64,000 nucleotides of DNA, taken from Camelus dromedarius. Its lineage: Eukaryota. Where the stretch lies: NCBI RefSeq assembly GCF_036321535.1, contig NC_087447.1, positions 40,984,001 to 41,048,000 on the forward strand. The letters run 5' to 3'. Shown here one piece after another: positions 1 through 11,399 of the stretch (its first letter is position 1; each line of letters opens with the position of its first letter). The notes beneath the pieces are model-generated. The model had not been told where the DNA came from. It worked only from the letters and a program-made list of their open reading frames with translations, and did not search any database. Position numbers and translations under genes: made by a program.

Positions 1-119
1 CTTTCCCAGGAACCCCCAACCCAGCGACTGGAACAGTGTTGGAACTCCATGATATGATCTTTGAATCAAGTGTTTTAGCTGCATTCACCTGACTTAGCCT
101 GGTTCATGACAGATAAGAG

Positions 120-255
120 TGTCATTTATTAGACGTGCACTGGCTGTTCACTTGTCCTGCATCAGGCTCTATGCTAGACACTCAGGACACAGATAGACCG
201 AGCACAGCTTTACCTCTTAAAGACCTCACAGTGTAATGATGGAGAGACAAGCGAG
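120..255 (-). mobile_element. L2 LINE 3' fragment (ancient)
   Basis: catttattag...ggctctatgctagacactcaggacacag...ctcacagtgtaatgatggagagaca resembles the reverse complement of the L2 3' end. Confidence 0.55.
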
Positions 256-337
256 AAACCAGCAACTAGCACAAGTGAGCCACTGGGTGGAGGGACGGAG
301 GAGCGAGGAGAGGCTCCGAGTGGGTGTCTCTCTGAGT

Positions 338-366
338 GGGCGGGCCCGGTGGGCGGGGCTATAAAT
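338..366 (+). promoter_or_regulatory. Two GC boxes directly followed by a TATA box (candidate Pol II core promoter)
   Basis: GGGCGG at 338-343 and 351-356, TATAAAT at 360-366, in a small CpG-containing patch; motif evidence only. Confidence 0.35.
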
Positions 367-1057
367 CCACCCTGCCCTTCCCAGGTTAGTTACTCATGAT
401 CTAGTCCATAGATCGAGGTTCCATATGCATTCCCCCTGAACAGTTCCTTTGCTAAGTTTGAGAACTTCCACTCTAGGGGATGAACAAAGCAGGAAGAACA
501 AAGCACTGATTCCATCACCATCTGAAAAACAGACTTTTGCAAAAACTCATGTTCTCTCAGAAGTTCAGAGACAACTCCTAAATACATTCCAGGAGCATTT
601 TTCATCTCGGAGGACAATTAACCTTTGCAATTAGCTTCATCAACAGGAACTTAATATGAACTATTTGGTCGTTTAGCAACAAGGAAGCAGTCACCGCTGG
701 CAGGATTGTGGTATCTTTGCTACTCAAGTCTCCTGGGGCTGCATGCTGAGGAAACGCTGAGCTGGATTTCCAGACTCTTCAAGCTCTTTGCCCAAAAGTC
801 CTGACCACCCAAGGCCCCGCTCTTAGTGACCTGTGGGTTCGGTGAGCCTAACGAGTGTGAACCTAGCCTCTCAGCAGTGACTGAGGAAGGGGAAGGCTCC
901 AACCTCCAGGGCCCCATATGCCTCCAAGAACGATGTCTGGGGAAGGAGTTGTTGGTCTGCTTCACCCCGTAGAGCTGTGTAGCCTGGGGAAGCTGGGGCC
1001 TGCTGCATACCTACTGCCGGGGCACTTTTCTTGTCTTTCTAATTTTCACCAGGCTTT

Positions 1058-1160
1058 CCTTATCTCCATCTTAAGCAAGAAGACTAAGGCTCCGATTAAA
1101 TCACCTGCCCACATTTGCCCAGTAGTAGGTGGCGGAGCAGGATTTGGTCCCCAGTCTCAT
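1058..1160 (-). mobile_element. MIR SINE fragment
   Basis: atctccatctt...gactaaggctc...cctgcccaca...gtaggtggcggagcaggattt matches antisense MIR core. Confidence 0.6.
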
Positions 1161-1411
1161 GCTCTTTGTACATCCCTTCAATGGCCTATCAGGTCGGGCT
1201 GCTTCTCTGGGCCTGAGCTTCAGTGAATCTCACTGGTCCATCCCAGGTTGGTGTCTCTGCATCTTCCCTCCCAAACTCACACCAGCTGCAAAGTCAATGT
1301 AGGCTTCTGCTTGGATCCTTCTCTTTTCTCACTTCAGCCACCATGTAGCTCAGAAAGAAAAATCCTAATTCTCTCTGAGTCTCAAATTCCAACCCCTAAC
1401 GTGATAAGATT

Positions 1412-1690
1412 GTGTGGTGAAAACAGCAAGGGCTTTCCAGTAGGCAAACCTGGGTTCAGATTCCAGCTCTAGTGTTTACCAGCTGGCTCACTGGGGGGCC
1501 ATAACCTCTCCGTCTACCCTTCCTCTCAACTGTGAAGTGGAGATAATAATAACTACTCCAACATTCCTTTTTTTTTTAAATGGAGGTACTGGAGATTGAA
1601 CTCAGGACCTTGTGCATGCTAAGCATGCACTCTACCACTGAGCTATGCCCTCCCCCAAAAACTACCTCCAAAGGTTGCTGTGAGGACCAC
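1412..1690 (+). mobile_element. MIR SINE interrupted by a younger SINE
   Basis: cctgggttcagattccagctct...ctgtgaagtggagataataataactac, resuming after 1656 with ctacctccaaaggttgctgtgagga. Confidence 0.65.
1568..1656 (-). mobile_element. tRNA-Ala(AGC)-derived camelid SINE (vic-1-like), short-tailed copy
   Basis: Reverse complement reads GGGGGAGGGCATAGCTCAGTGGTAGAGTGCATGCTTAGCATGCACAAGGTCCTGAGTTCAATCTCCAGTACCTCCA plus A tail; A and B boxes present; imperfect TSD aactac(c)tccaa on both sides. Confidence 0.9.
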
Positions 1691-1832
1691 AGGAGAAGCC
1701 TGGCTTGTAGAAGATGCTCAAGAAGCAAAAATACAAAACAACAGGAAAAAACCACCATCAGACTGCTTCATACCTCTGTCTTCCTCGGTTCCTATGGGGA
1801 ATTATAAGACTGGTGTCTCTACCTCATCTCTT

Positions 1833-1966
1833 GGGGGAGGTTATAGCTCAGTGGTGGAGTGTGTGCTTAGCATGCTCAAGGTCCTGGGTTCAGTCCCCAG
1901 TACTTCCATTAAAAACAAATAAACAAATAAACCTAATTAACTCCCCTCCAAAAGAAACAAACAAAA
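1833..1966 (+). mobile_element. tRNA-Ala-derived camelid SINE (vic-1-like)
   Basis: GGGGGAGGTTATAGCTCAGTGG...GGTTCAGTCCCCAGTACTTCCA, A-rich tail with acctaattaactcccc; perfect 13-bp TSD tctacctcatctc at 1818-1830 and 1967-1979. Confidence 0.93.
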
Positions 1967-2681
1967 TCTACCTCATCTCCCTCAGAAGGCCTTCCCACTG
2001 TAAAGCAACCAGAGAAGTTTTAGATCAAAGGACGACTGGAGGTTTCTCAGTGTGTTACTTAGAAACCCAAACAAGTACCTTGAAGAAAATGTCCTCCTTT
2101 TCCATTGAAATAAAAGTAGTTCAAGGCAGACAGATCTGGTTGGAATTCGGGCTCTGTGACCTGTGAAGACCCTTCCCCTCTTGGCGTCTGTGTCACCCTT
2201 GGTCGTAACACGTGAAGGAGAGCAATGCATCCCCAGTCGGGTTCCAGTGAGAACTAAATCCAAAAACTCATGCAAAAGAGCCCACCCACCTTGGCTCAAG
2301 GCTGACACAGGTGACTCAGGCAACATTTGTCGTGTCTGAATCCACTTGGCAAACACTGCCCTTGTCAGCTTCTGCTGTGACTGTCCTTTGAAATTCTGAT
2401 CAGTTTATTTTTATCAAACATAGTGTCCTATCTACACTATTTCAGCAGTAGCTTTGGGAAACAGCAGCCCTGCTTCTATTTGCAAACAAAAAATAACTGC
2501 AGTCCCATGTCCTCTGGTCCTCTGAGAGTGCTGCATGTGCTCTTGGGGACTTCCAGACTGTCTGTCATCCCCAGGGGTCTCGCATGATAACCTCTTCAAT
2601 CTGCCCAGCCTTCAGCTGGCCCTGTTTGAAATACTTTGCTGGCCTCTCAGGATGTGCAGAAGTCTGCAATCCCAACCTCAT

Positions 2682-3680
2682 CAAGTTAAAAAGAGTTACC
2701 ACATGACCCAGCAATTCCTCTCCTGGATACAAACCCAAGAGATTTGAAAACATATGTTCACACAAAAACCTGTATGTGAATGTTCACAGTAGCATTATTC
2801 ATAATAGCCAAAAGGTGGAAAGAACCAAATGTCCGTCAATTGAAAGGAGAAGAAAAATGTGGTGTATCTAAATTATTAGCTTCCTATGACTGCTGTAACA
2901 AATGACCAGGAATTTGGTGGCTTTAAACAACACAAATTTATTCTCTTATGGTTCTGGAGACCAGAAGTCACTAACCAGTTTCATTACCTAGAGCCCAAGT
3001 GTTGTCAGGGCCAGTTCCTTCTGGAGGCTGTAAAGGGAGAATCTATTTCCCTGCCTTTGTCAGCCTCCAACGGCCACCTGTGCTCCTCGCCTGGGTGCCC
3101 CTGCCTCCGTCTTCGAAGTGGAACAGTCCAATCTCTGCTTTTAGCATCACATTGACTGGCTCATCCAGGATTCTCATCCCATCTTGAGATCCTTGCTTAG
3201 TCACACCTGCAAAGCCCTTTTTGCCATTTAAGGCAACGTTCCAGGGGTTAGGGTGTAGTTATGTTTGTGAATTACTATTCAACCTAGCATACAATAGAAG
3301 TTTATCCAATCATAAAAAGGAATCATGTACTGTTACAAGCCACAACTTGGACAAAACTTAAGACATCACACTAAGTAAAAGAAGTGACACAAAAGGCCAC
3401 ATAATGGATGAACCCATATTTAGGAAATGTCCAGCATAAGCAAATCTGTAAGGACAGAAAATAGGTTAGTGATTGCCAGGGGCTGGAGGGAGGGGCAATG
3501 GGAAATGACTGCTAGTAGGTACAGGATTTCTTTGAGGGGGTGATAAAAATGTTCCTGAATTAGGCAGTGGTTGGTGATGGTGCCACAACCTTATGAGTAT
3601 ACTAAAAACCACTGGATTGCACACTTTAAAGGGATGGCTTTATGATATGTGATCGGTATCTCAGTAGAAAGTAAAATAGA
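2682..3680 (+). mobile_element. L1MB-type LINE 3' end, split by an MLT1 LTR
   Basis: gagttaccacatgacccagcaattcc...atgtggtgtatc (2682-2870), resuming at about 3290 with tacaatagaa...aaaaggaat through gatatgtga...tatctca. Confidence 0.85.
2873..3289 (-). mobile_element. MLT1 (MLT1C-like) ERVL-MaLR solo LTR
   Basis: ttattagcttcctatgactgctgtaacaaatgacca...aaatttattctc...ctattcaacctagca is antisense MLT1. Confidence 0.85.
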
Positions 3681-3819
3681 AGAAACCTCATCGTGTGTTG
3701 ACGTTATCTGTAAATAATGAAAGTGGAAATATTCTTTTTAAACCAAATTGTGGTCCAAATCAACTTGACTTGAATAAAGTGCTTTCCACCAATTTGGAAC
3801 TAAATTATATGTCCTCCAG

Positions 3820-4058
3820 GAGGCAGGATAGCGTGGTGGTTGAGGGTGGACTCGGGAATCAGGCTGCCTGAGTTCATCCTGGCCCTGCCCCTTGCTGGCT
3901 GTGTCACTGTGTTACCACTGAGTCTCAGTTTTCTCACCTGCAAAGTAGGGATAATAAAAGTACTCGCCTCTCAGAGTTGCGAGGATTCAATGAAACAACC
4001 CATGTGGAAACTCTGCGTGTAGTAAGTGCTCAATACATACAAGCTGTTGCTTTTATTA
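3820..4058 (+). mobile_element. MIR SINE, near full length
   Basis: tRNA-like head, core ctcagttttctcacctgcaaagtagggataata, tail tagtaagtgctcaata. Confidence 0.85.
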
Positions 4059-4239
4059 CCTTCATCTCCTCTGTTCTGCCCACCAGAGAAGAGAAGGAAT
4101 GTGATTCACCAACTCTAAGGGGACCCTATCATCCTCTGTAAGTTGCAGATTGTCTGTAGGGAATTAGAGAAAAAGCATCAGGAAGCTTCAAAAGGCGAAA
4201 AAAAAAGTATCTGGTTTTGGGACGTTTAGTATTTATGCA

Positions 4240-4985
4240 TGCATTTATCCACTGACTTGCTCATTCCTTCCAACATTTTTTCATTTAACAAACATTTATT
4301 GAGAAAACATCATAGGCAGGTCTGGTACTGGAGTACTGGAGATATGCTCCCAGGGAACATAGGGTCACTGGGGAAGACAGACAGATAAAGATGAAAGCAA
4401 GTGCAGTAAGATGTATCAGGCTCTGTGCTGGGAGTCTATACAGACCCCAGGGTAGACAAGTGAATGGGGTAGATGGATGAGAGAGGACACCAAGGAAAGA
4501 GTGGTTGGTTCTCAGGTGGCGAGGATGGGCAAGATGTGACTGTATGGAGGAAGTCTAGATAGACTGCTAGATATTCTTATGTGTGTATATGTGTGTATGT
4601 GTGTGCATGCACGCGGGACGGGCAGTAGGTGACAGATTAGAAGGATAGGAGAGAGACAGGATGGAGTGCCTATAAGCAAAGAGTACATTCTAGGCATGAG
4701 CAAAGGCCCAGAGGTATGATGCAGTCTGGATTGTTCAGGAAATATTATTAGTTCCTGCAGGTAGCAGCTCGGCTAGAAATAAGTTATGCTAAGACAAAGG
4801 CCATCAAAGTACCTTAAACAGGGAGTCAGAGACTGAGCTGATTAGATTTGCCCTTTAAGAAGATCTCTCTGGCTGTGTTTGGTAGATAAAAATAACTGTG
4901 CTGAAAGAACAGACTAGAAGCTGTGGTTAAAAGACTGGGGCAATGGAGCAGCCTTGGGTGGTGGGGACTTGAGCCCAGGCAGAGG
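4240..4985 (-). mobile_element. L2 LINE 3' region
   Basis: tcatttaacaaacatttattgag...gaagacagaca...tttaagaagatctctctggctg. Confidence 0.7.
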
Positions 4986-5142
4986 TGGGGAGGGAAAAGG
5001 GAGACTCTAGTCTTGTGTCCACTGAACACCCAGTTCACGCACTGAACACTGGTATACGTCTGTGTACAGACACACAGGCCAACACACACACCCTAGAAGT
5101 CTTTGGCACTTTGCAACCACAGGAGTGCACCCACGGGAGGGT

Positions 5143-5392
5143 GTGATCATTCATTTTATGTCAGCTCGGCTAGATTACATCACCCAGTGGCTTAATCAAA
5201 CACTGACCTCGGTGTTGCTGTGAAGATCTTTTGTTGATGAGGTTAACATCCACAGTCAGGTGACTAAGTCAAGGAGATAGCCCTCCACAATGTGGGTGAG
5301 ACTCATTCAGTGAATGGAAGGCCTTTTGAGCCAAAACGGGTTTCCTGGAGAAGAAATCTGGCTGTGCTTTTCTGGAGAAAACTGACTGATAT
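5143..5392 (+). mobile_element. MLT2 (ERVL) LTR, internally deleted
   Basis: 5' tgtgatcattcattttatgtcagctcggctag...atcaaacact...ggtgttgctgtgaag joined to 3' ttctggagaaaactgactgat. Confidence 0.8.
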
Positions 5393-6419
5393 GGAGGCTG
5401 GAACCAACTCCTTCTCAGCAAGTCCTCCCACGGGCTCTAGAAATTAGACATTCTCGGGGGTCCAGCTTTGAAGCTGGCTGTGGCTTGTGATGGTCCCAGG
5501 CAAGAAATGATTCTCATTCAAAGCTCCCTAGTTTAGAGAAGAAGGCATGTGGCTCAGGCCTCTTTCTTGCCTCAGCACCATCCCCTCACCTCCACTGCTC
5601 CCTTCGACTCAGCCCATCCACCTGACCACTCGAGGACAGGAGGGGTCAAGCTCAGCATCACACCATCACATCTGCCACCTCTTCTCTACCTGCTATCTCC
5701 CTGTCCCGTGGACCCAGTTCCAAGGACGGAGTTTCTTTCTTGGTCCCCATGCTGGAGTGTCTGCTCTCCGATCCGTCCAGTGTTTCAGAGATACTGGAAC
5801 TAGAGTCCAGTGCAACTCCCTCACCCTCCCCTGGTTACCAGGGTCGGTGGCTGGGATCCGGCTACCACCTCATAGGTACCCCCTACCACTTGTCCACTGC
5901 CCACCCTATCACTTGGCTGTCTGTGAGTCTACCTGGTCTTAGACCTTGGCCACTCTTGACCTGGCCTGGCCTTCCCTGATTGCGCCCTGGCTGGGACCCC
6001 AAAGCCATAGCTGCTGCCAGCCCCAGTCAAAACAGAGGCAGTCTGTTGGTTGTCCAGGAGCCTCCACACATCTGGATGAAGGTCAGGAAGCCTAGGAAGT
6101 CTCTCCTTGGAAGCAGCATCCTCCCCTTGGGGCCCCAGCAGTGAGGTGTGGAATCACCCTTCAACCCCTGCTCCTTCCCTGTGGGCTCTGAAGCAGCCTG
6201 TGTATAGGACACCGGGAAGGGGTGCAGATCAAGAGGAGGGAGCAGTAGCAGCTGCAGGGAGGCACTGGAGGGGCCACCGCCTCCCTGTCCCCTCCACAGC
6301 ATGGCACTTGGCTGATGGAAGCCTCCAATCCAGATGCTTCTGGCCAAATGTGGAGATACAGCCAGAATCAGGCCATCAGTGTGTCCTTGGTCAATAATTA
6401 AAATTAACATCTCTGAAGC

Positions 6420-6712
6420 TAGCTTTTCAATGCCCAGTCCCCTGCTCCTCACGTCCCAAGGTTCTGTTTAATCGATTGGAGGCAGAGCCTGGGCTTAAGT
6501 ATTTTTTAAAGCTTATAATGTGTAGCCAGGGCTGAGAACCACTGCTCTAGAGCTTTGCTATTCGAGGTGTAGTCTGAGGGCCAACAACAGTGACATTCCT
6601 GGGAGCTTCTTGGAAATGCAGACTCTCAGGCCCCACCCCAGTCCTGCTGACCCTGAATCTGTTTTATAGGATCCCCAAGAAATTCAGAGGCACGTTACAA
6701 TCTGGGAAGCAC
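6420..6712. mobile_element. Two adjacent MER5-type hAT-Charlie MITEs
   Basis: gccagggctgagaaccactg terminus, ctctagag hAT-type target site, then gaaatgcagactctcaggccccacccca...gaatctg. Confidence 0.75.
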
Positions 6713-6994
6713 CACGGGAAATAAAGTCACTCCTCTCCCAAGGAGAGCTGCTTAGCCCCCTTCTGGCTCCTGCCCTGTGACCACAGCTCTGACCTACTGA
6801 GCAGTGCCCGGAGCTGGGGGTCCAAACAGCCACGTGTTCAGTGCCCTGGACCCCAGACCTGAGGCCAGACCTTAGGTTCACTGAGGCTCACAAATAACTA
6901 TTCCTCAGAATAGAAGCACTCACAGCCCCCAAATGCAAGTATTTTTAATGCCATTTCCATACATAGCTTCTTTGTTGGGTTGGCCTTGGACTAA

Positions 6995-7395
6995 CAGTAA
7001 CTACCCTTAACCGAGCACTTAGTAAATGACCAATACTTTACAAACACTATCAGTTTAGTCATCTGGTGACCCCGAATAAGTTTTATTAGCCCCATGTTTC
7101 CCTTTCTTTCATATATGTATATATTCCTTTTCAGATTCTTTTCCATTGTAAGTTATTGCAAGATATTGAGTATAGTTTCCTGAGCTGTACAGTAGGTCCT
7201 TGTTGTTTCTCTATTTTCCCAAACTCCTAATTTATCCCTCCCCTGACTCCTTCCCCAGCCCCACTTTTCAGATGAGCTCCATTTCACTGAGGCGTAGAGA
7301 GGCTGAAGTTGAGAGCCCGAGGTCACATAGCTAGTAGGTGGCAGAGCTACAACAGGGGCCCCAGATGTCTGATTCCAAAACTCAGAACCCGTTCC
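6995..7395 (-). mobile_element. MIR SINE interrupted by an L1 3' fragment
   Basis: gagcactta...attagcccc, resuming at 7257 with agccccacttttcagatgag...actgaggc...ggtcacatagctagtaggtggcagagc. Confidence 0.75.
7101..7256 (-). mobile_element. Cetartiodactyl L1 3' UTR fragment
   Basis: ttttcagattcttttccatt...tgtacagtaggtccttgttg...tcctaatttatccctccc; degenerate TSD agccccatgtttc / agccccacttttc. Confidence 0.8.
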
Positions 7396-10286
7396 TGGTG
7401 CTGTCTGTGTTATGCCTTGCTTCATAAATAAAAACAGTGAAGGGACTTCAAAAACCAGACTCAGAAATTCCAGTGTTCCCAGGACAGAAAATGGAAATAC
7501 ACTGCCATTCCTAGACCCGTAGCGGAGAGCGGAGGGTGGGACGGATGGTTTTCACATAAGCAAAAAGTGCCGATGGGAAAACGAGCCCAATGCGTTACTG
7601 TAACAATTATTCCTCCCACCTGGGCTCTAACTATATTTTCATTAGGATGCTTTACATATTCTTTAGCTCCTTCAAAAGGCTGAACTGACTCTGAGTCCCT
7701 AGATGTGCCAAAAATCTATGCAGTACGTTTGTAGGAAGTGAAAACCCCCAACAAAATAACTCCCAGAGGCCTGAATTAGTGTTTTGTATTGTTAGGAGGT
7801 GGAAATCCACATCTCTCCCAGAAATGCAACTGACATAAAATGCAAACCAACCTAAATTTCCATAGGGGCTCACAGGATTGAAGGCTTATCCTGTGGCCTG
7901 AACAGTTATAGTCACACGCTGTCCTCATATCTGTGCCAGGCACTTCCACGGCTGAAGTTAAAGTTGCCTGGGGTCTAGGCAGGCTCTGCAGAGTTTAGTG
8001 ACTCCATCTATAGCCAGGGTAAGAGGTCAGCTGGTGATGGGGGTCAGGGTCCACGTCTTGAGTGTGAACTCAGTCAGTAAATGAATCTCTAGTCAGGGAT
8101 GGAACCTATGTATGAGGTAATGTTTAGTAAATTACTTTCTCTCTCCAAACCCAGTGATTGACAGGGTCACAGAGTTTCCTGTTTGTGGTTCCTTGTTATG
8201 ATGTCAGTAATTTACTTTCAAATACTTCAGCGTAGAGAAGAACTCAATTTCCAGAGCTATTGCCCTAATCAGAGACCCCCAGACCAGGGGGCACCAGCTA
8301 ACATGCATCCCCAAGAGGAAACCCATGTGTTAGAAGCAACTGTTGTAAGCACTTCTGTTATTTGCATTTCAATAGACAGCTGAGACTCTGAAAATTAGCA
8401 TATTGCACACTAGAAATGGGTTTTATTGGTGAAAATACTGGCCTGTTGACTGGCAAGATGAACATCAGAAATGAACTCGCATTGGAGGAGAGAAAGGCGT
8501 TCAGATACGTGGACTGGCGGGAGATGCTCTGGAGACAGTATTCACCTGTGCATGAACAGGACCGAGGAATCCAGGGAGGCCTGCACCCTTTCCCCTGAGG
8601 CAAGGTTCTGGTCTGGCCACTGGTTTAGGAGGCTTTCTGGTTCTCTGATGTTGACAAGGAGCACAGAATTCCACGTCGGGAATTCTGTAATGTCTGCCTC
8701 ATCCTTTCACACAAGATGTGGTTTGATATTAAAGGATGGAGAGTAGGGGCTTCACTGAGCTCACAGAGCAGGGTTGTGGGAACGGTTTTATTGCCTGCTT
8801 TGAGAGTGAATAAATGTCTGCATGTGTCGGGGAACTTGGACTGAACTTCATTTTTGTACAACGTGGGAGTGAAGTTATGAAGGGGCCACTATCTCTAACC
8901 ACCTTGGACTTCTTTGGCAGCTTCTTAAGATTGCTGGTAACCCACTCCCCACTTCCTGAGTCTGTACAGGAGGAAAGGCCTCAGGGAATCTTTGTCCTTC
9001 GTCAGATTCATCATCCCTGCATCTAATTTGTTTTTTACTTCTTTTCCTTCCTAGTCAGAGCTGAATCAGCCACAGAAAAGATTTCAGAATGGCTCCTTGT
9101 GAGGGGTAATCTGATGAGAAGTGATTATGTTCTCACTGGCCAAACAATTTATTGCCAATCACATTCTCGTTGCAGATAAACAAAGTAGGTGTTCATTCTA
9201 CCCACTCAGGGTTCTAAACGACCTCTCAAGAGTCACCTGTGAGACTCAAGGGACGTTAAAGACAAGTTCTGGACACAGAGTCTGGTCCACAGATTGCACA
9301 GTGGAGGTGGGCACAGCCTCTCAGACACACAGGCTGACCTCTCCTTGCCCAGCAATTTCCCACCTCACGGTGTCCATCCCTAGAACAGCAGGGAGGTCAG
9401 GGCTGCAGGGCCCTCGGAATCATCCTGCCCAACCTTCCCCTCATCAGTCGAGGAGACTGGCCCAGAGAGGTTTCTGGACTAGCCCACAATCACACAGCAG
9501 ATTTGGATGGAGGGCTCTGACCACTCCCAGAATGCACCTCAATTCCATTCAACAAGCAGTTAGTTGTTCCCCCATCTTGGAGAGCTCACAGGACATAGAT
9601 GCAGTAAGTCTGACAACAGGAAGAAAGTGGATACACAGTGCTGTGGGCTGTGCAGGTGGCTGGGCTCTCCTTGGCCTTGAAAATAGCACAGAAACTTCAC
9701 AAGGGAGGCAGCCTTTGAGCTGGACTTTGAGAGAGGAGTAGAGTTTTGGGAGGAGGGAGAGGGATGAAGGGAGGGCCCTAATGAAAGCATTCGGGAACCT
9801 CTGGGGTGTATAGAGCAGGTCAGCAAAAAAAGCACTTCTGCTGGGCTCCGGCAGAGTGTCCAGAGGTCCCAGGAGGGCTTCGGATGGGGTCTTGCATGGG
9901 AGCCAGCACCCTTCCTCCATCTCTGGGTCTGGATGGACCCCTGAGTGGGGCTGACTGCCAGGCTCACTTCCTTCCACGGGGTCCTTCTCTCCTGCCTCCT
10001 TCATCTCTCCAGGTTAAGTGACTCTCTGAGGATCCCAATCTCTGGGGCACCAACAGGGTTCTCCTTGGAAGAGCCAACTTTTCAGCACCTCCTTCTCCCC
10101 TCCCCTCAGGAGCAAACTAAACAACCTTCCTGAACATATGTACCAAGCCTCACCAGATCCATTACTATCCACCCTTCCCCCATTGCAGAGATGGAAAAAT
10201 AAGGGTCCCAGTAACTCATCCTGGATCCTCCTGCTGGTGTGGAGTGGGACCTACAGCCCAGATCCCTTCCTGGCACACCGATTCTC

Positions 10287-10532
10287 AGCATAGACTCTGG
10301 AGCTGATTCCCCAGCTCCAAATCCCATTTCACCATTCACCAGCTCTGTGACTTGGGCAAATTACTCAACCTCCTTCTGCCTCAATTTCCCATCTGGAAAA
10401 TCCTACTAATGGTAATAATGGTGTTTATTTCATAGCACTGATGTGAGGATGAAATGCATTAATAAGTGCAAAGAATAGAATAGTGCCTGGCACACAGTCA
10501 ATGCAATGGACGTATAGCTATTATTAGCATTA
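10287..10532 (+). mobile_element. MIR SINE
   Basis: gactctggagc...tgtgacttgggcaaattactcaacctc...gtgcctggcacacagt. Confidence 0.85.
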
Positions 10533-11399
10533 CCCTTGATCCAGGATTCCAGCAGATTCCTCCCATTAGGTTACTTGGCAACCCTGGGTCCCCTCAGGGA
10601 AGTTGCTCAACCTCTCTGTGCCCACAAGGCTGGCCCTTAAGACAATTGGGATTCTTCCCGAGTTTGTCTCATCTTTCTTCAATCCTTGGACCCCCTCTAT
10701 TTCCCCCTCTACCCTCAACAATTCCTTCCCATCAGCCCCCTTCCCCACACCTAGTCAGACAGGCTCCCAAGAGTCTCTGTGAGGAAATGATTCCATCTTT
10801 TTTGGTTCAAAAGCTGTCCTTTACAATAGTAGTTTTTCAATGTTCAGTACAAAAAGAGTTAGTTGTCTCCTTTAAGAGCCCAGTTTTGAATTAAAAATAA
10901 AGCTCTCCAGTGAGAAGCAGCTTTGAATCTGCTTCCTAGCAGTAGCAAGGGGATTATCAGCAGAGAACCATACTGCATACTTAATTGCAAAACCATCCCC
11001 AAGGCCAAAGTCTAGTCCGGGCTGAGTGGCAGATTTGGGTCCTTACAGATTTGGGTCCTACTCTTTCCAAATTCTGCAGAAGACGTCACGGCATAACAAG
11101 GATGATCTCTGGGGAAGTGCACTGCTCAGGAATAGCAGGGGTGACCTACCATCCCGATGCCTGCTTTGACCTGTGGCCTCTTAGAACCATCATTTTTGGA
11201 TGCCTAAGAATTACCTTAGGGAAATGAAAGGACCAGGAAGGGAGCAGTTCCTGGAGCTTTTAGATGAACCTGGCCCCAGGCACTGCCCAGGTGTAGAATG
11301 GGCTTTGCCTGATGGGGAAATAAAATACAGCTTTGGATTTGCCTAGACCATGTCCATCCATGGGCTGGTGAAGTGTTCTGTGATGTGCTGGTGTGAAGG

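Noticed and set aside
1833..1907. tRNA-Ala(AGC) gene (also 1580-1656 and 58950-59025)
   Set aside because: Flanking TSDs, A-rich tails and mismatched stems identify SINE copies, not tRNA genes
9121..10021. Overlapping 135-206 aa ORFs
   Set aside because: No recognisable domain, some with non-ATG starts, both strands open in GC-rich DNA, partly L2-like; consistent with chance
11030..11060. Short tandem duplications (cagatttgggtcct x2; also tggcttcagagct x2 near 44258-44285)
   Set aside because: Common slippage duplications with no sign of function
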